Shown here: positions 10,891 through 20,205 of the stretch, in pieces
How the letters are laid out: each line of letters starts with the position of its first letter
Numbering within the stretch: position 1 is the stretch's first letter
Source of the DNA: Coleofasciculus sp. B1-GNL1-01
Lineage (GTDB): Bacteria; Cyanobacteriota; Cyanobacteriia; Cyanobacteriales; Coleofasciculaceae
Assembly (NCBI GenBank): GCA_040220235.1
Contig: JAVJTO010000070.1
Length of the DNA stretch: 64,000 nucleotides
Strand: one strand, 5' to 3'
Translations under genes and position numbers: made by a program
The notes under the pieces: model-generated
Databases searched by the model: none
Seen by the model: only the letters and a program-made list of their open reading frames with translations
Told to the model about the DNA's origin: nothing

Positions 10891-11290
10891 CTATTTTTGA
10901 AGAGGTAGAATATAATAAGTATAAGTAGCACCGCTCTAAATACAGCGTTTTCCGACTTGCTCATCTGTTCGGCATTTAATTAAACCTTATAAATGCCAAG
11001 AATGGCAAAATCCTTGTAGTGCGAGCATCTTGCTCGCTGCTAATACCCAATTTAAATGCATGACAGCTTATAATCCACCAACACAAGAGTAGGAAAAAAC
11101 TATTCCCTGGTGACTGGACTACACTGTGTTAGAAAGTGCTGTAAATCCTAGCTCCAAGCTTAACAATTCACGGGGCAGACCATTTTTCCTTAAAAAGTAA
11201 GTTGCATACACCCTCTAGAAGTCTTTGAGAGGAAGATGAGTTATTTTTCGGTAAATGCTTCCAAGATTTTGACCTATGCCTACTTGACCT

Positions 11291-11803
11291 ATGCCTACTT
11301 ACAGTGTCGGTGATGTTTTAGACATCATCAAAACTTTAACTCCTGAACAGAAGCTAGAATTACAGGGGCAACTCCCTAGTGTTTTAGCGACTATCCCGTC
11401 GGACTCAACACGTCCTGCGAAGAGTCAAAGCATGAGTGGAGTCAATATTACGGGAAGTAGTGATATTGATCTGAGTCAACTTCAAGCTGATGGGGGGAGC
11501 CAGATCAACCAAAGCAAGGCTCAAGCAACATTGCCAAATGCTGATTTGCAGGAAGCCCTGGAGCTGTTACAAAGGTTGAAGCAGGCGATCGCCTGCCATG
11601 ATAAACTTAATCCTCTGGTCAAAGAAGCGGCAGAGGAAAAGATCCAGACTATCCAGAAAGAAGTAGAAAAAGCACAACCTGATAAAGATTTAGTCAGCCA
11701 AGCAATTTCAACCTTGAAAAAAGGATTGGAAGGGGTGGAAGAACTAGCAGAACCCGTAACTAAAGTGGCTAGTTTAGTGGCGAAAGCTTGGATGGTGGTC
11801 TGA
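11291..11803 (+). CDS. Small helical protein with a central S/Q/N/G-rich amyloid-like segment; putative NLR effector
   Basis: 170 aa: helical N-terminus, SQSMSGVNITGSSDIDLSQLQ, then a helical domain ending in an amphipathic helix. Its stop overlaps the next ATG (TGATG). Confidence 0.8.
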   Translation: MPTYSVGDVLDIIKTLTPEQKLELQGQLPSVLATIPSDSTRPAKSQSMSGVNITGSSDIDLSQLQADGGSQINQSKAQATLPNADLQEALELLQRLKQAIACHDKLNPLVKEAAEEKIQTIQKEVEKAQPDKDLVSQAISTLKKGLEGVEELAEPVTKVASLVAKAWMVV

Positions 11804-14800
11804 TGATACAGGAAGTTCCCCTAAATCCCGGTGACGGCGGTAGTGAACAGGCTATCCACGATGTATCTGTGGTCAATAGTCAAAATGTGACGTTCAATCA
11901 GACGCAAATTATCCAGATCTCAGTGGAAGAGATCAAGACTCGGACACTCATTACGACATCACCCTATAAGGGATTGAAAACGTTTGAGTTAGAGGATAAG
12001 GAGCGGTTTTTTGGGCGAGATCAATGTCTTACTGGCTTGGTGAACGAGCTAGAACAAACTAATCTGATTTTGCTTTTGGGAGCATCGGGAAGTGGCAAGT
12101 CTTCAGTCATTCGAGCCGGTTTAATTCCTTGGTTGGCTCAAAAGTGGGGCAGTTATTTTGTCAGTCTAGTCTTTACGCCGGATCGAGACCCCTTTGATTC
12201 ACTCTATGCCAGTTTGTTGGGCAGGTATAAACAATCAGATTCACAGCTTGCTCGTCTTGTCAAGCCGGAAACATTAACTCAAGTGGTGCGATCGCTCAAA
12301 CATCAAGATGACTACTGGTTTATCCTGATCGATCAGTTTGAGGAGTTATTTACTACTACTGAATCAGACAAGCGGAATGTTTTTATCCAAGGGTTAGTCA
12401 ACCTTGTGAATACCCTAAGTAAAAAGAGCGATCACTCAGTTAAACTGGTAGCAACCATGCGGACAGACTTTCTAGATCGCTTGAGTCCCTATCCGGCTCT
12501 GATTAAACTGACGGATAAGCATCGTCCGATGATTGCTGATTTGCAAGCAGATGAGTTACGCCTAGCTATTGAGCAACCTGCTGCTCATCATGGCGTGGTG
12601 TTTGAATCAGGATTAGTGAAGGAAATTATTGATGATGTACAGGGACAAGCCGGATATTTACCCCTGTTGCAATACACCTTGAATTTGCTCTGGGAGATGG
12701 AAGTTCAGACTGAGAGCATTGAGGATCGGACGCTCAATCTCAGCAACTATCACAAGTTAGGTGGGGTGCGGGGCGCACTTCAGCAGCATGTTGATCGCAT
12801 CTACAGTGCTTTGTCTGACGCCGAACAAGTCGCTACCCGGAGAATTTGTCTCAAGTTAGTTGATATTGGTGCAGATACAAAATCTGGAACAGACTGGAAA
12901 CCTGTACGACGACGTGCTAACCGCTCGGAATTTAGTGAGCCGCTAGAGCAGACTGTTTTAACTCAGTTAGTGAATCAAAACCTGCTGGTGAGTAATCGGG
13001 TAAAAGAGTCTCAAGACAGCACAATCGAGATCGCCCATGAAGTATTACTTACCTCTTGGAAAACGCTGAATATTTGGATCGCGGAAAACCGTCAGGCGAT
13101 CGCCCTGCGGAATCGTTTAAATGATGATGTGATTCAGTGGCAAAAGACAACATCATCTGAGGACTTGTGGTCGGGATCTCGCTTAGAGCAGGCTTTAGAA
13201 CTGAGGCAGAATCAAACCTTTAATCAGGTTCTTGGTGGTTTTAGTCCAACAGCCAATCAGTTTTTAGAGCAAAGTCGGGATAAGCGCGATCAGCTAGAAA
13301 AAGAAAAACTTAGAAGAACTCAACTGACGGTGATAACGGCGATCAGTGTTGCTGTCTTACTAGGAGGTTTCTGGTGGCGCTCTGAGCGATTAAGACAAGA
13401 GACAGTATTGAGAGAAAATATTGCCACGGCAAGAAATCTATTGACCACAGACCCAACTCAAGCAGCAGTTAGATCCATCTACGTCGCAGGACAAAGCGCA
13501 GCTCACTACACAAATCTTTTGAGTTCAACAGAGAGTGTTTTGTTGGATGGTATTCAGAGAGCAAGAGAGGAAAATGTTTTCAATGAACATGAAGGACAAG
13601 TTTTATCTGTTGCCATGAGTCCTGATGGTCAAACAATCGCTAGTGCTGGGGCAGATGGCAAGGTAATACTTATTGATCTTCTAGACTTTTCAAAAGAAGT
13701 CATAGAAAATTTTCAGGATTCTTCAGCTACAAGTGTGGCATTTAGTCACAAGGGGCAATTTTTAGCAAGTGCTGATAGCAATGGAAATGTAAAAATTCGT
13801 CGATTGGAAGATCACTCTCTTGTGTGTGACTCTCCAAGCGAGGATGATAACATTTATTATCAATCAATATACGGTCTTGACCTTAAGACAATAGTGGAAT
13901 TTAATCCTAAAAATGAAACTTTTTTAGTTAATGCAGGTCCCAACAATCAGATACATCAATTACAACTAAGAAATAGAAATTGCAAGAAACAAAATATTTT
14001 GACTTTAGAAGATAAAAATGTAGATCAGAATCACGATTACGAAGTATATCCTCCATTAGCGAGATCTATCGCATTTAGCCCTGATGGACAACAATTAGCT
14101 ATTGGCTATGATTCTGGATTAATATTACATGATCTGTTAAATGAGACCACCCAAGTTTTATGGGAAGGAAGATCTGCAGAACCAGTTGAGTCGATATCTT
14201 TTAAAAATCGTATCTTCTTCAGTATCTGTATTGGTGAATGGGCAGAGGGTAATTCAATAACGATTAAAACACTCGATAAATCTCATAGTGACTTTAGAAC
14301 TCCTGAAGGATTCACAGTACATGAAGACTGTTCTCGCGCTGTTTTAGTAGACTCTGAGACTGACAGGATTATTAGCGGTGGTAATGATCGGGGTGATCGT
14401 AGTAATTTAGTTACCTTCATCTCATGGAAAGAGAGAGATTTATTTTCATTTATTGGTCATAAAGGCAGGGTGAATGCCTTGGCAATGAGTTCCGATAAAA
14501 AGCATCTTGTCAGTGCAGGTAGTGATGGCACAGTTAGACTGTGGAGCGTAGAAAATTTTCCTAACGATGTTGCTAGTCTTTTTAGGAATCAATTCAATGA
14601 GCAGTTAGAGGTTTGGGATTTAGTTGGTCGTCAGTTAAATCTAAAGAAACAAGACGAAGCAATTGAAATTCAAGGGAAAAGCGAAAGTCTAATTAAGACA
14701 GATGGTAAAAGCACTCCATTTGTTTCTCAGCAACGATATCCCAAGAAGTTTTTCGGGTACGATGGTCAGACAGTGATAACAGTAGAAACTATCTCAGCAT

Positions 14801-15375
14801 CTTCAAGCGAAACACCAGGTACTCCTGCTACTCTCCAACAATTAATTCTAATCAATCAAAGAGAAACAAATTCTCAATTAGGAAAAATTGAGCTGTCGGG
14901 TGAAGTTTGGTTTGCAGCCGCTAATCATAAACAGAATAAGCTCATAGTAATCAAACCAGACAAAATTGAGATTTTCAACTTCCAAGGGACACAATTAGAT
15001 TCATTCCCAAACGACAAAGAAGCTAATGTTGCTGCCATTAGCCCCGATGGGAGAATGTTCGCAATAGCTAAAGAGCATTTTAGTCCTGGTTTCCGCGCTA
15101 CTGCTTTACAACTCTTTGATATGAAAGGCAAAGCTATAGCAAACTTTGAGAATGAAGGTATAGTAAGCGTGTTAGGATTTAGTTCTGACAGCAGACACGT
15201 TATAACTGAGAAATTCGGTGAAATTCATTTATTTCCTGCTAATTGGCAAGCCTCCTTAGAAATTCTCTGCGATCGCCTTCGTCATCATCCTGTCTTGACT
15301 AATCCCCAAGACGAGATTGCCAGAGGTGCCAGGGAAACGTGTCAGAGTTATGCTCCAAGCTGGCAAGCCAAGTGA
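11803..15375 (+). CDS. NLR-like STAND receptor: short N-terminal motif, nSTAND1 NTPase, TM helix, WD40 repeats
   Basis: SPYKGLKTF..FFGR, Walker A GASGSGKSS, Walker B ILIDQFEELF, LPLLQY, EIAHEVLL, WD40 repeats (GHKGRVNALAMSSD..SAGSDGTVRLW). Confidence 0.92.
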   Translation: MIQEVPLNPGDGGSEQAIHDVSVVNSQNVTFNQTQIIQISVEEIKTRTLITTSPYKGLKTFELEDKERFFGRDQCLTGLVNELEQTNLILLLGASGSGKSSVIRAGLIPWLAQKWGSYFVSLVFTPDRDPFDSLYASLLGRYKQSDSQLARLVKPETLTQVVRSLKHQDDYWFILIDQFEELFTTTESDKRNVFIQGLVNLVNTLSKKSDHSVKLVATMRTDFLDRLSPYPALIKLTDKHRPMIADLQADELRLAIEQPAAHHGVVFESGLVKEIIDDVQGQAGYLPLLQYTLNLLWEMEVQTESIEDRTLNLSNYHKLGGVRGALQQHVDRIYSALSDAEQVATRRICLKLVDIGADTKSGTDWKPVRRRANRSEFSEPLEQTVLTQLVNQNLLVSNRVKESQDSTIEIAHEVLLTSWKTLNIWIAENRQAIALRNRLNDDVIQWQKTTSSEDLWSGSRLEQALELRQNQTFNQVLGGFSPTANQFLEQSRDKRDQLEKEKLRRTQLTVITAISVAVLLGGFWWRSERLRQETVLRENIATARNLLTTDPTQAAVRSIYVAGQSAAHYTNLLSSTESVLLDGIQRAREENVFNEHEGQVLSVAMSPDGQTIASAGADGKVILIDLLDFSKEVIENFQDSSATSVAFSHKGQFLASADSNGNVKIRRLEDHSLVCDSPSEDDNIYYQSIYGLDLKTIVEFNPKNETFLVNAGPNNQIHQLQLRNRNCKKQNILTLEDKNVDQNHDYEVYPPLARSIAFSPDGQQLAIGYDSGLILHDLLNETTQVLWEGRSAEPVESISFKNRIFFSICIGEWAEGNSITIKTLDKSHSDFRTPEGFTVHEDCSRAVLVDSETDRIISGGNDRGDRSNLVTFISWKERDLFSFIGHKGRVNALAMSSDKKHLVSAGSDGTVRLWSVENFPNDVASLFRNQFNEQLEVWDLVGRQLNLKKQDEAIEIQGKSESLIKTDGKSTPFVSQQRYPKKFFGYDGQTVITVETISASSSETPGTPATLQQLILINQRETNSQLGKIELSGEVWFAAANHKQNKLIVIKPDKIEIFNFQGTQLDSFPNDKEANVAAISPDGRMFAIAKEHFSPGFRATALQLFDMKGKAIANFENEGIVSVLGFSSDSRHVITEKFGEIHLFPANWQASLEILCDRLRHHPVLTNPQDEIARGARETCQSYAPSWQAK

Positions 15376-15477
15376 TTGTAAGAGGTAAGGAATTTATTAT
15401 GCTAGAACGGGTGAGGTAGTAAGGATTGACTAGGCAATCATCGCCGCTTCAATGAAGTTTGGCATTGTATGCTAGCC

Positions 15478-15825
15478 TCAAAACAGTTCTTCGCTTTGCA
15501 TCAAGTCCTGTACTTTTCCTACATAACTCACTAGACTCCAGACTTCGTCTTGAACGGAATAGGTAGCTACTACATGAATATCAACGCATCTATATATATA
15601 TTGATCAACGTTTAACAAGTCAAAAGCCTCGTACACCCAAACCATTCTTCGGGAACGAGACCATTGAACGGCAGTGGCACTAACCGCACCCGATGCTACC
15701 AGTAAATCTGCGGTCGCGTTGACAATTCCGGCTGGCAGTATCTTTTCCATTCCGGGCTTCGCGCCCAGAGTGACAATGTTCAGTGCTACCTTACGCGCTG
15801 TGTTACTGGGTTTGTCTTTGTACAT
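15478..15825 (-). CDS. Hypothetical protein
   Basis: 115 aa ORF with ATG start; no family recognised. Confidence 0.55.
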   Translation of the reverse strand: MYKDKPSNTARKVALNIVTLGAKPGMEKILPAGIVNATADLLVASGAVSATAVQWSRSRRMVWVYEAFDLLNVDQYIYRCVDIHVVATYSVQDEVWSLVSYVGKVQDLMQSEELF

Positions 15826-16080
15826 TTATTTGAATTACCTATCAGAAAAATGATGCTCAAGATTGCTACAAGGCTAGTTGTCGAGATTTTTGAACGACCC
15901 GTTATTGGGTATAATTCCTCACGATTGTGCTTGTGATAGAGGTTTGATAAGATTGCACCTATATACTTTTACAGTATATTGTGTTGAGAATTATCAACTC
16001 TATCTTTTTGATATCCAATGTATCAACATAGGACAAAATCTGTCAAAATAGATGCAGTAGACGTTCCCATCGATGCCGTT

Positions 16081-16971
16081 ATGCCCCAAACACACATCCG
16101 ATTTGATTGGGCGATTAAAAAATTACTGAGAAACAAAGCCAATTATGGTGTTTTGGCAGGTTTCTTGAGTGAGTTGTTGAGGAAACCAATTACGATTCAA
16201 TCAATACTCGAAGGTGAAAGCAATCAACAAGCCGAGGATGACAAGCTAAATCGAGTCGATATTCTCGCGAAAAATGACCAGGGAGAATTAATTCTCATTG
16301 AAGTGCAAAACAGTACAGAGCAAGATTATTTTCACCGGATGCTCTACGGCACATCCAGATTAATTACCGACTTTCTGGAAAAAGGAGAACCCTACGGGAA
16401 CGTCAAAAAAGTCTATTCAGTGAATATCGTCTACTTTTCTTTGGGACAGGGAGATGATTATATTTACCACGGGACATTAGAGTTTCGGGGGCTTCATTTA
16501 GATGATAAATTAGGTCTATCAATTAATCAGCGGAAGTTGTTTAATAGTCAAGATGTTTATGAGATTTTCCCGGAGTATTATGTGATTAAAATCAACAACT
16601 TTAACGAGGTGGCTTCCGATACCCTAGATGAATGGATATATTTCCTGAAAAAGAGCCAAATCAAAGAAGAATTTACTGCCCAAGGGTTAGCGGAAGCGAA
16701 GGAAAAATTACTAGTCGATAGTTTGAGTGAAGCAGAAAGAGCTAACTACCTGAGATTTATGGAGAATCGACGCTACGAAATTAGCCTAATAGAAAGTTCT
16801 CGCTCAGAGGGAAGATTGGAGGGTTTAGAAGAGGGACTCAAGGAGGGTATGGAGCAAGGTAAACAGCAGGAAAAGACGAACATAGCCAGAATCTTAAAAC
16901 AACAAGGGACTGATATTGATACCATCACAGCAGCAACCGGACTGACTAGGGAAGAGATTGAGGAACTATGA
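16081..16971 (+). CDS. Rpn family PD-(D/E)XK nuclease/putative transposase
   Basis: IRFDWAIKKLLR, RVDILAK..LILIEVQ, EGxxEG repeats, TGLTREEIEEL tail. Confidence 0.92.
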   Translation: MPQTHIRFDWAIKKLLRNKANYGVLAGFLSELLRKPITIQSILEGESNQQAEDDKLNRVDILAKNDQGELILIEVQNSTEQDYFHRMLYGTSRLITDFLEKGEPYGNVKKVYSVNIVYFSLGQGDDYIYHGTLEFRGLHLDDKLGLSINQRKLFNSQDVYEIFPEYYVIKINNFNEVASDTLDEWIYFLKKSQIKEEFTAQGLAEAKEKLLVDSLSEAERANYLRFMENRRYEISLIESSRSEGRLEGLEEGLKEGMEQGKQQEKTNIARILKQQGTDIDTITAATGLTREEIEEL

Positions 16972-17783
16972 ACCAGCCAATCATTCAAGTTGATGCCTTC
17001 ACCTGTACCCCATTTACGGGTAATCCAGCCGCTGTCTGTGTTCTACCGACTCCCCAACCGGATAGCTGGATGCAGAATGTGGCACAGGAGATGAATCTGT
17101 CTGAAACTGCCTTTTTGGTTCCTCAAGAGGATGGGTTTAATCTGCGTTGGTTTACCCCGACAGTAGAAGTCCCTCTTTGTGGTCACGCTACCTTAGCTAG
17201 CGCCCATGTTTTGTGGTCAGAGGGTCATCTGTCCCCGGAGAAACCCGCCCGTTTTTATACCAAAAGCGGCATACTCATCGCCCAGCGTCAGGGTGAATGG
17301 ATTGAGTTAGACTTCCCGGTGAATCATTCCCAACCCACAACCGTCCCCCCAAACCTTGCGTCAGCCTTAGGTGTACCGATTCAGTCCGTTTGGCAGAATT
17401 CTTTGGGCTATTTGGTGGAAGTGGAATCGGAAGAGAGGGTGCGACATCTACAGCCCAATTTTGGCTTACTCAAAACTTTACCGATATCTGATGTTATGGT
17501 TACCAGTCAGACTGATTCGGGTTCGGAGTATGATTTTGTTTCTCGTTTCTTTGCACCAGGGTTAGGGATTGATGAAGATCCGGTGACGGGTGCAGCCCAT
17601 TGTTGTCTAGCACCTTTCTGGCGCGATCGCATCCGTAAAAATGAGTTCTTAGCCTATCAAGCCTCCCATCGAGGAGGGGTCGTCAAGGTACGCTATACCG
17701 GAAGCGATCGCGTCATTTTGGGCGGACAAGCGGTTACCGTGATGCGGGGGGAATTGACGGTAATGGAGAATCAGAGGACTTAG
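16968..17783 (+). CDS. PhzF family isomerase
   Basis: VDAFT..GNPAAV, EMNLSETAF, LCGHATLA, EDPVTG. Confidence 0.95.
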   Translation: MNQPIIQVDAFTCTPFTGNPAAVCVLPTPQPDSWMQNVAQEMNLSETAFLVPQEDGFNLRWFTPTVEVPLCGHATLASAHVLWSEGHLSPEKPARFYTKSGILIAQRQGEWIELDFPVNHSQPTTVPPNLASALGVPIQSVWQNSLGYLVEVESEERVRHLQPNFGLLKTLPISDVMVTSQTDSGSEYDFVSRFFAPGLGIDEDPVTGAAHCCLAPFWRDRIRKNEFLAYQASHRGGVVKVRYTGSDRVILGGQAVTVMRGELTVMENQRT

Positions 17784-17829
17784 TAGCGAGCAAGATGCTC
17801 GCACTACGAAGATTTCGTTATGATTGACA

Positions 17830-18150
17830 TTACGGTTTGGCTGCCGAACGGCTTACTTGATAACCTCGATCGCTCTGATATAAAGGAGAAGGCGTTTCTG
17901 TTTCCTGTTGCACTTGCAAAAAATCGCACAGAATCGTAGCCGCTAAATCCGCCACACCAAATCTCTTTTTATAGACTTCTAAATGAGCGTGGGGAATGGC
18001 TTCAAACAGGAGGCGCTGTTGGGGAAATAGAATCCGTTCAAAGTACCAATTGGGAATATCAGTGATCCGAATGAGCTGAATCTGTTGGCTGGTATTTGTA
18101 TAGTAACAGAGAATTCGATTGGTGTATTCAGTCGGTAAGGAATTAAGCAT
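17830..18150 (-). CDS. DUF1830 family protein (start uncertain)
   Basis: ILCYYTNTSQQIQLIRITDIPNWYFERILFPQQRLLFEA. Confidence 0.85.
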   Translation of the reverse strand: MLNSLPTEYTNRILCYYTNTSQQIQLIRITDIPNWYFERILFPQQRLLFEAIPHAHLEVYKKRFGVADLAATILCDFLQVQQETETPSPLYQSDRGYQVSRSAAKP

Positions 18151-18178
18151 GGGAAGTGATACCACAGGAAGGAACCAA

Positions 18179-18377
18179 TTATCGATGAATGAAGCCACAG
18201 TCCACCCCATCAAGGTGTTCAGCATAAGTGGTAAAGGGGGAAATGGCTAAAGGACAAGCTTTCCATTTTCCCTGTACAGCCACGCCTAGCTGTTGACAAG
18301 TAACCTCCCCAGCCTTTTTGGGGTTGATAGTGACCACAATGACGACAGATTGATACTGCATGGTTGATGGTTCTCAT
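18179..18377 (-). pseudogene. Frameshifted conserved cyanobacterial four-Cys small protein
   Basis: MRTINHAVSICRHCGHYQPQKGWGG continues as TCQQLGVAVQGKWKACPLAISPF if one T near 18301 is removed. Confidence 0.75.
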
Positions 18378-18405
18378 GATTTTATTAAAATGGGTTGATT
18401 AAAAA

Positions 18406-18720
18406 TTAGTTGAGACAGTGGCAGCTATCTGACAATAAATAATTCATGCCTTCACGAATATACGATTCCATGTGTAATCGCATTTCCAATGAATAATAGG
18501 GAAACGTATGCTTACTGCACAGTTTTTTGCCTTGTTCAACAGCTACAGTCTGGGGATCATTCGATAGTTTACACAAAACGTAGAATAGTAAATCCTGGCG
18601 TAGATTGGGACAGGTGAAAAAAATTCGGCAAAATTTGTCTGGATAAGCGTCTAAGGCGTTTTCAATTTCTTCTTGGATTACTTTCAACAGGCGGTTTTCA
18701 ACTGGCAAATTTTTGATCAT
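18406..18720 (-). CDS. ComFB-like cyanobacterial protein
   Basis: VIQEEIENALDAYP...PNLRQDLLFYVLCKL...LEMRLHMESYIREG; GGAG RBS before the ATG at 18720. Confidence 0.6.
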   Translation of the reverse strand: MIKNLPVENRLLKVIQEEIENALDAYPDKFCRIFFTCPNLRQDLLFYVLCKLSNDPQTVAVEQGKKLCSKHTFPYYSLEMRLHMESYIREGMNYLLSDSCHCLN

Positions 18721-19072
18721 GGTTATACTCCAAAATTGATTCGGGTGTTTAGGTTTTAACACAAGTCAAGCACAGCGATTCAGTCGTTGATTTTAAGCCT
18801 AAAATTCCCTTGAATAGACACAGTATCTCATGTCTATACTGGATAGCTGGTCATCCCTAATGGTAGTTACCTGAATCGACGGCGGACTTGTTTGGAGAAC
18901 TTGAGCCAGTTGTTTGGGAATTTGGGCAAAAATTTAAACGGGTTGATTTATTAAAAATGGTTGAGTTATCAAAATGGCAAAAGAACACTGTATTTTTGGC
19001 TCTCTTGCCTCATGTTTAAACAGTAATCAATGCCATACATTCAGAGACAACTGACTCAGGTTCCCCCAAACC

Positions 19073-19321
19073 TCAATCCAGACTATCTTCAAAAAGGGTT
19101 AGGTTTTGAGGACAAACTTGTTTGATTGTGACACTCATGAGATGGGCACTTTCTTCGAGAATATCTTGCAGATAACCGAACTGGGATAATTCAGCTTCTT
19201 GGATTGTGCCAAAGGGACCAAAGTAGTAAACACACCAAGGATGATCGGTGATGACTTCCAACCAATAGGCTAATCCCAGTTTGGATAAGATTTCTAAAGA
19301 CAGTTCTGTTTTTAAGTTCAT
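19073..19321 (-). CDS. DUF1816 family protein
   Basis: LGLAYWLEVITDHPWCVYYFGPF...GYLQDILEE. Confidence 0.85.
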   Translation of the reverse strand: MNLKTELSLEILSKLGLAYWLEVITDHPWCVYYFGPFGTIQEAELSQFGYLQDILEESAHLMSVTIKQVCPQNLTLFEDSLD

Positions 19322-19369
19322 ATCATGATTATCTCCCTCAATGTTATCGGCGGACTGGTTAAGCAAAGG

Positions 19370-19636
19370 TTAAGTAGTTTCGGCGACAAAATCCTCGATC
19401 GCCTCGTGTAAGGCTTGAGTCATCTGGTGTACCGAGTCTTGAATCATTTGCAGATACTCTAACTGTTGATCGTCGCTCAGGTGTCCCTGGGAATCTTCTA
19501 GGAGTTTGAGGAAAATCTTGATCAGGAGCATCTGCTCTTCTAGCTCTTGGGAGATTTTATAGGTAAATCCATACTTTAAGTGACTCAAGTTAGTTGGAGG
19601 GGAGTTAGTCGGTCTTACCTGTTGCAAGAGTTCCAT
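19370..19636 (-). CDS. Stand-alone HisKA/DHp-like helical protein lacking the phospho-acceptor His
   Basis: ISQELEEQMLLIKIFLKLLE...QQLEYLQMIQDSVHQMTQAL; Q sits where H is expected (SHELR-like box). Confidence 0.55.
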   Translation of the reverse strand: MELLQQVRPTNSPPTNLSHLKYGFTYKISQELEEQMLLIKIFLKLLEDSQGHLSDDQQLEYLQMIQDSVHQMTQALHEAIEDFVAETT

Positions 19637-20205
19637 TTTCTGAAAACCTACCTTCTCATTTTTCAAAAGCTTGGAAGCTTGTAATCCTTTTCTGTTTTAT
19701 AGACTACATGATCCCCAGAATTCGTCAAGGTTTTTGTTTGTTTTTTCTTTCTGAATTTGTTGAATTTAAATTAAAAACGTTTGCATTTGTTTTTTTTCAC
19801 ATAACTTAATAGTTATTAGGTTGTTTTTTAATGGATTTAACAAAGTGCTACTTTAGGTAAACTTATGCTAGACTCCAGTTCGAGCCGATTTATCCTAGTC
19901 TATAGGGTGATCTATCAACATCGCGTTGAGATTGATTATCAATATGTATAAGTTAGTATGATTTGGCGTGTTTTTTCTAGATCACCTACATAACTAGCGC
20001 CAATCCGATAACCGAATTGAGGTTCATCAACTACCAATTCAATCATCCCAGTTTAGGAGAGCCAGATTGGATGTTGAAATGCACCTTGTCGCGTCCATTC
20101 AACATCAACAAAGGGATTATTGTATAGCAGTGTTACCGTTTCTTCAGAACCTCCCCAACAGGATGCGATCGCGGAATCGGAAGTTGAGAACGGTGGAGGT
20201 ATGAT

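Noticed and set aside
10710..10964. 84-aa ORF in the track
   Set aside because: It is the wrong frame; the meaningful signal is a DUF928 remnant in another frame.
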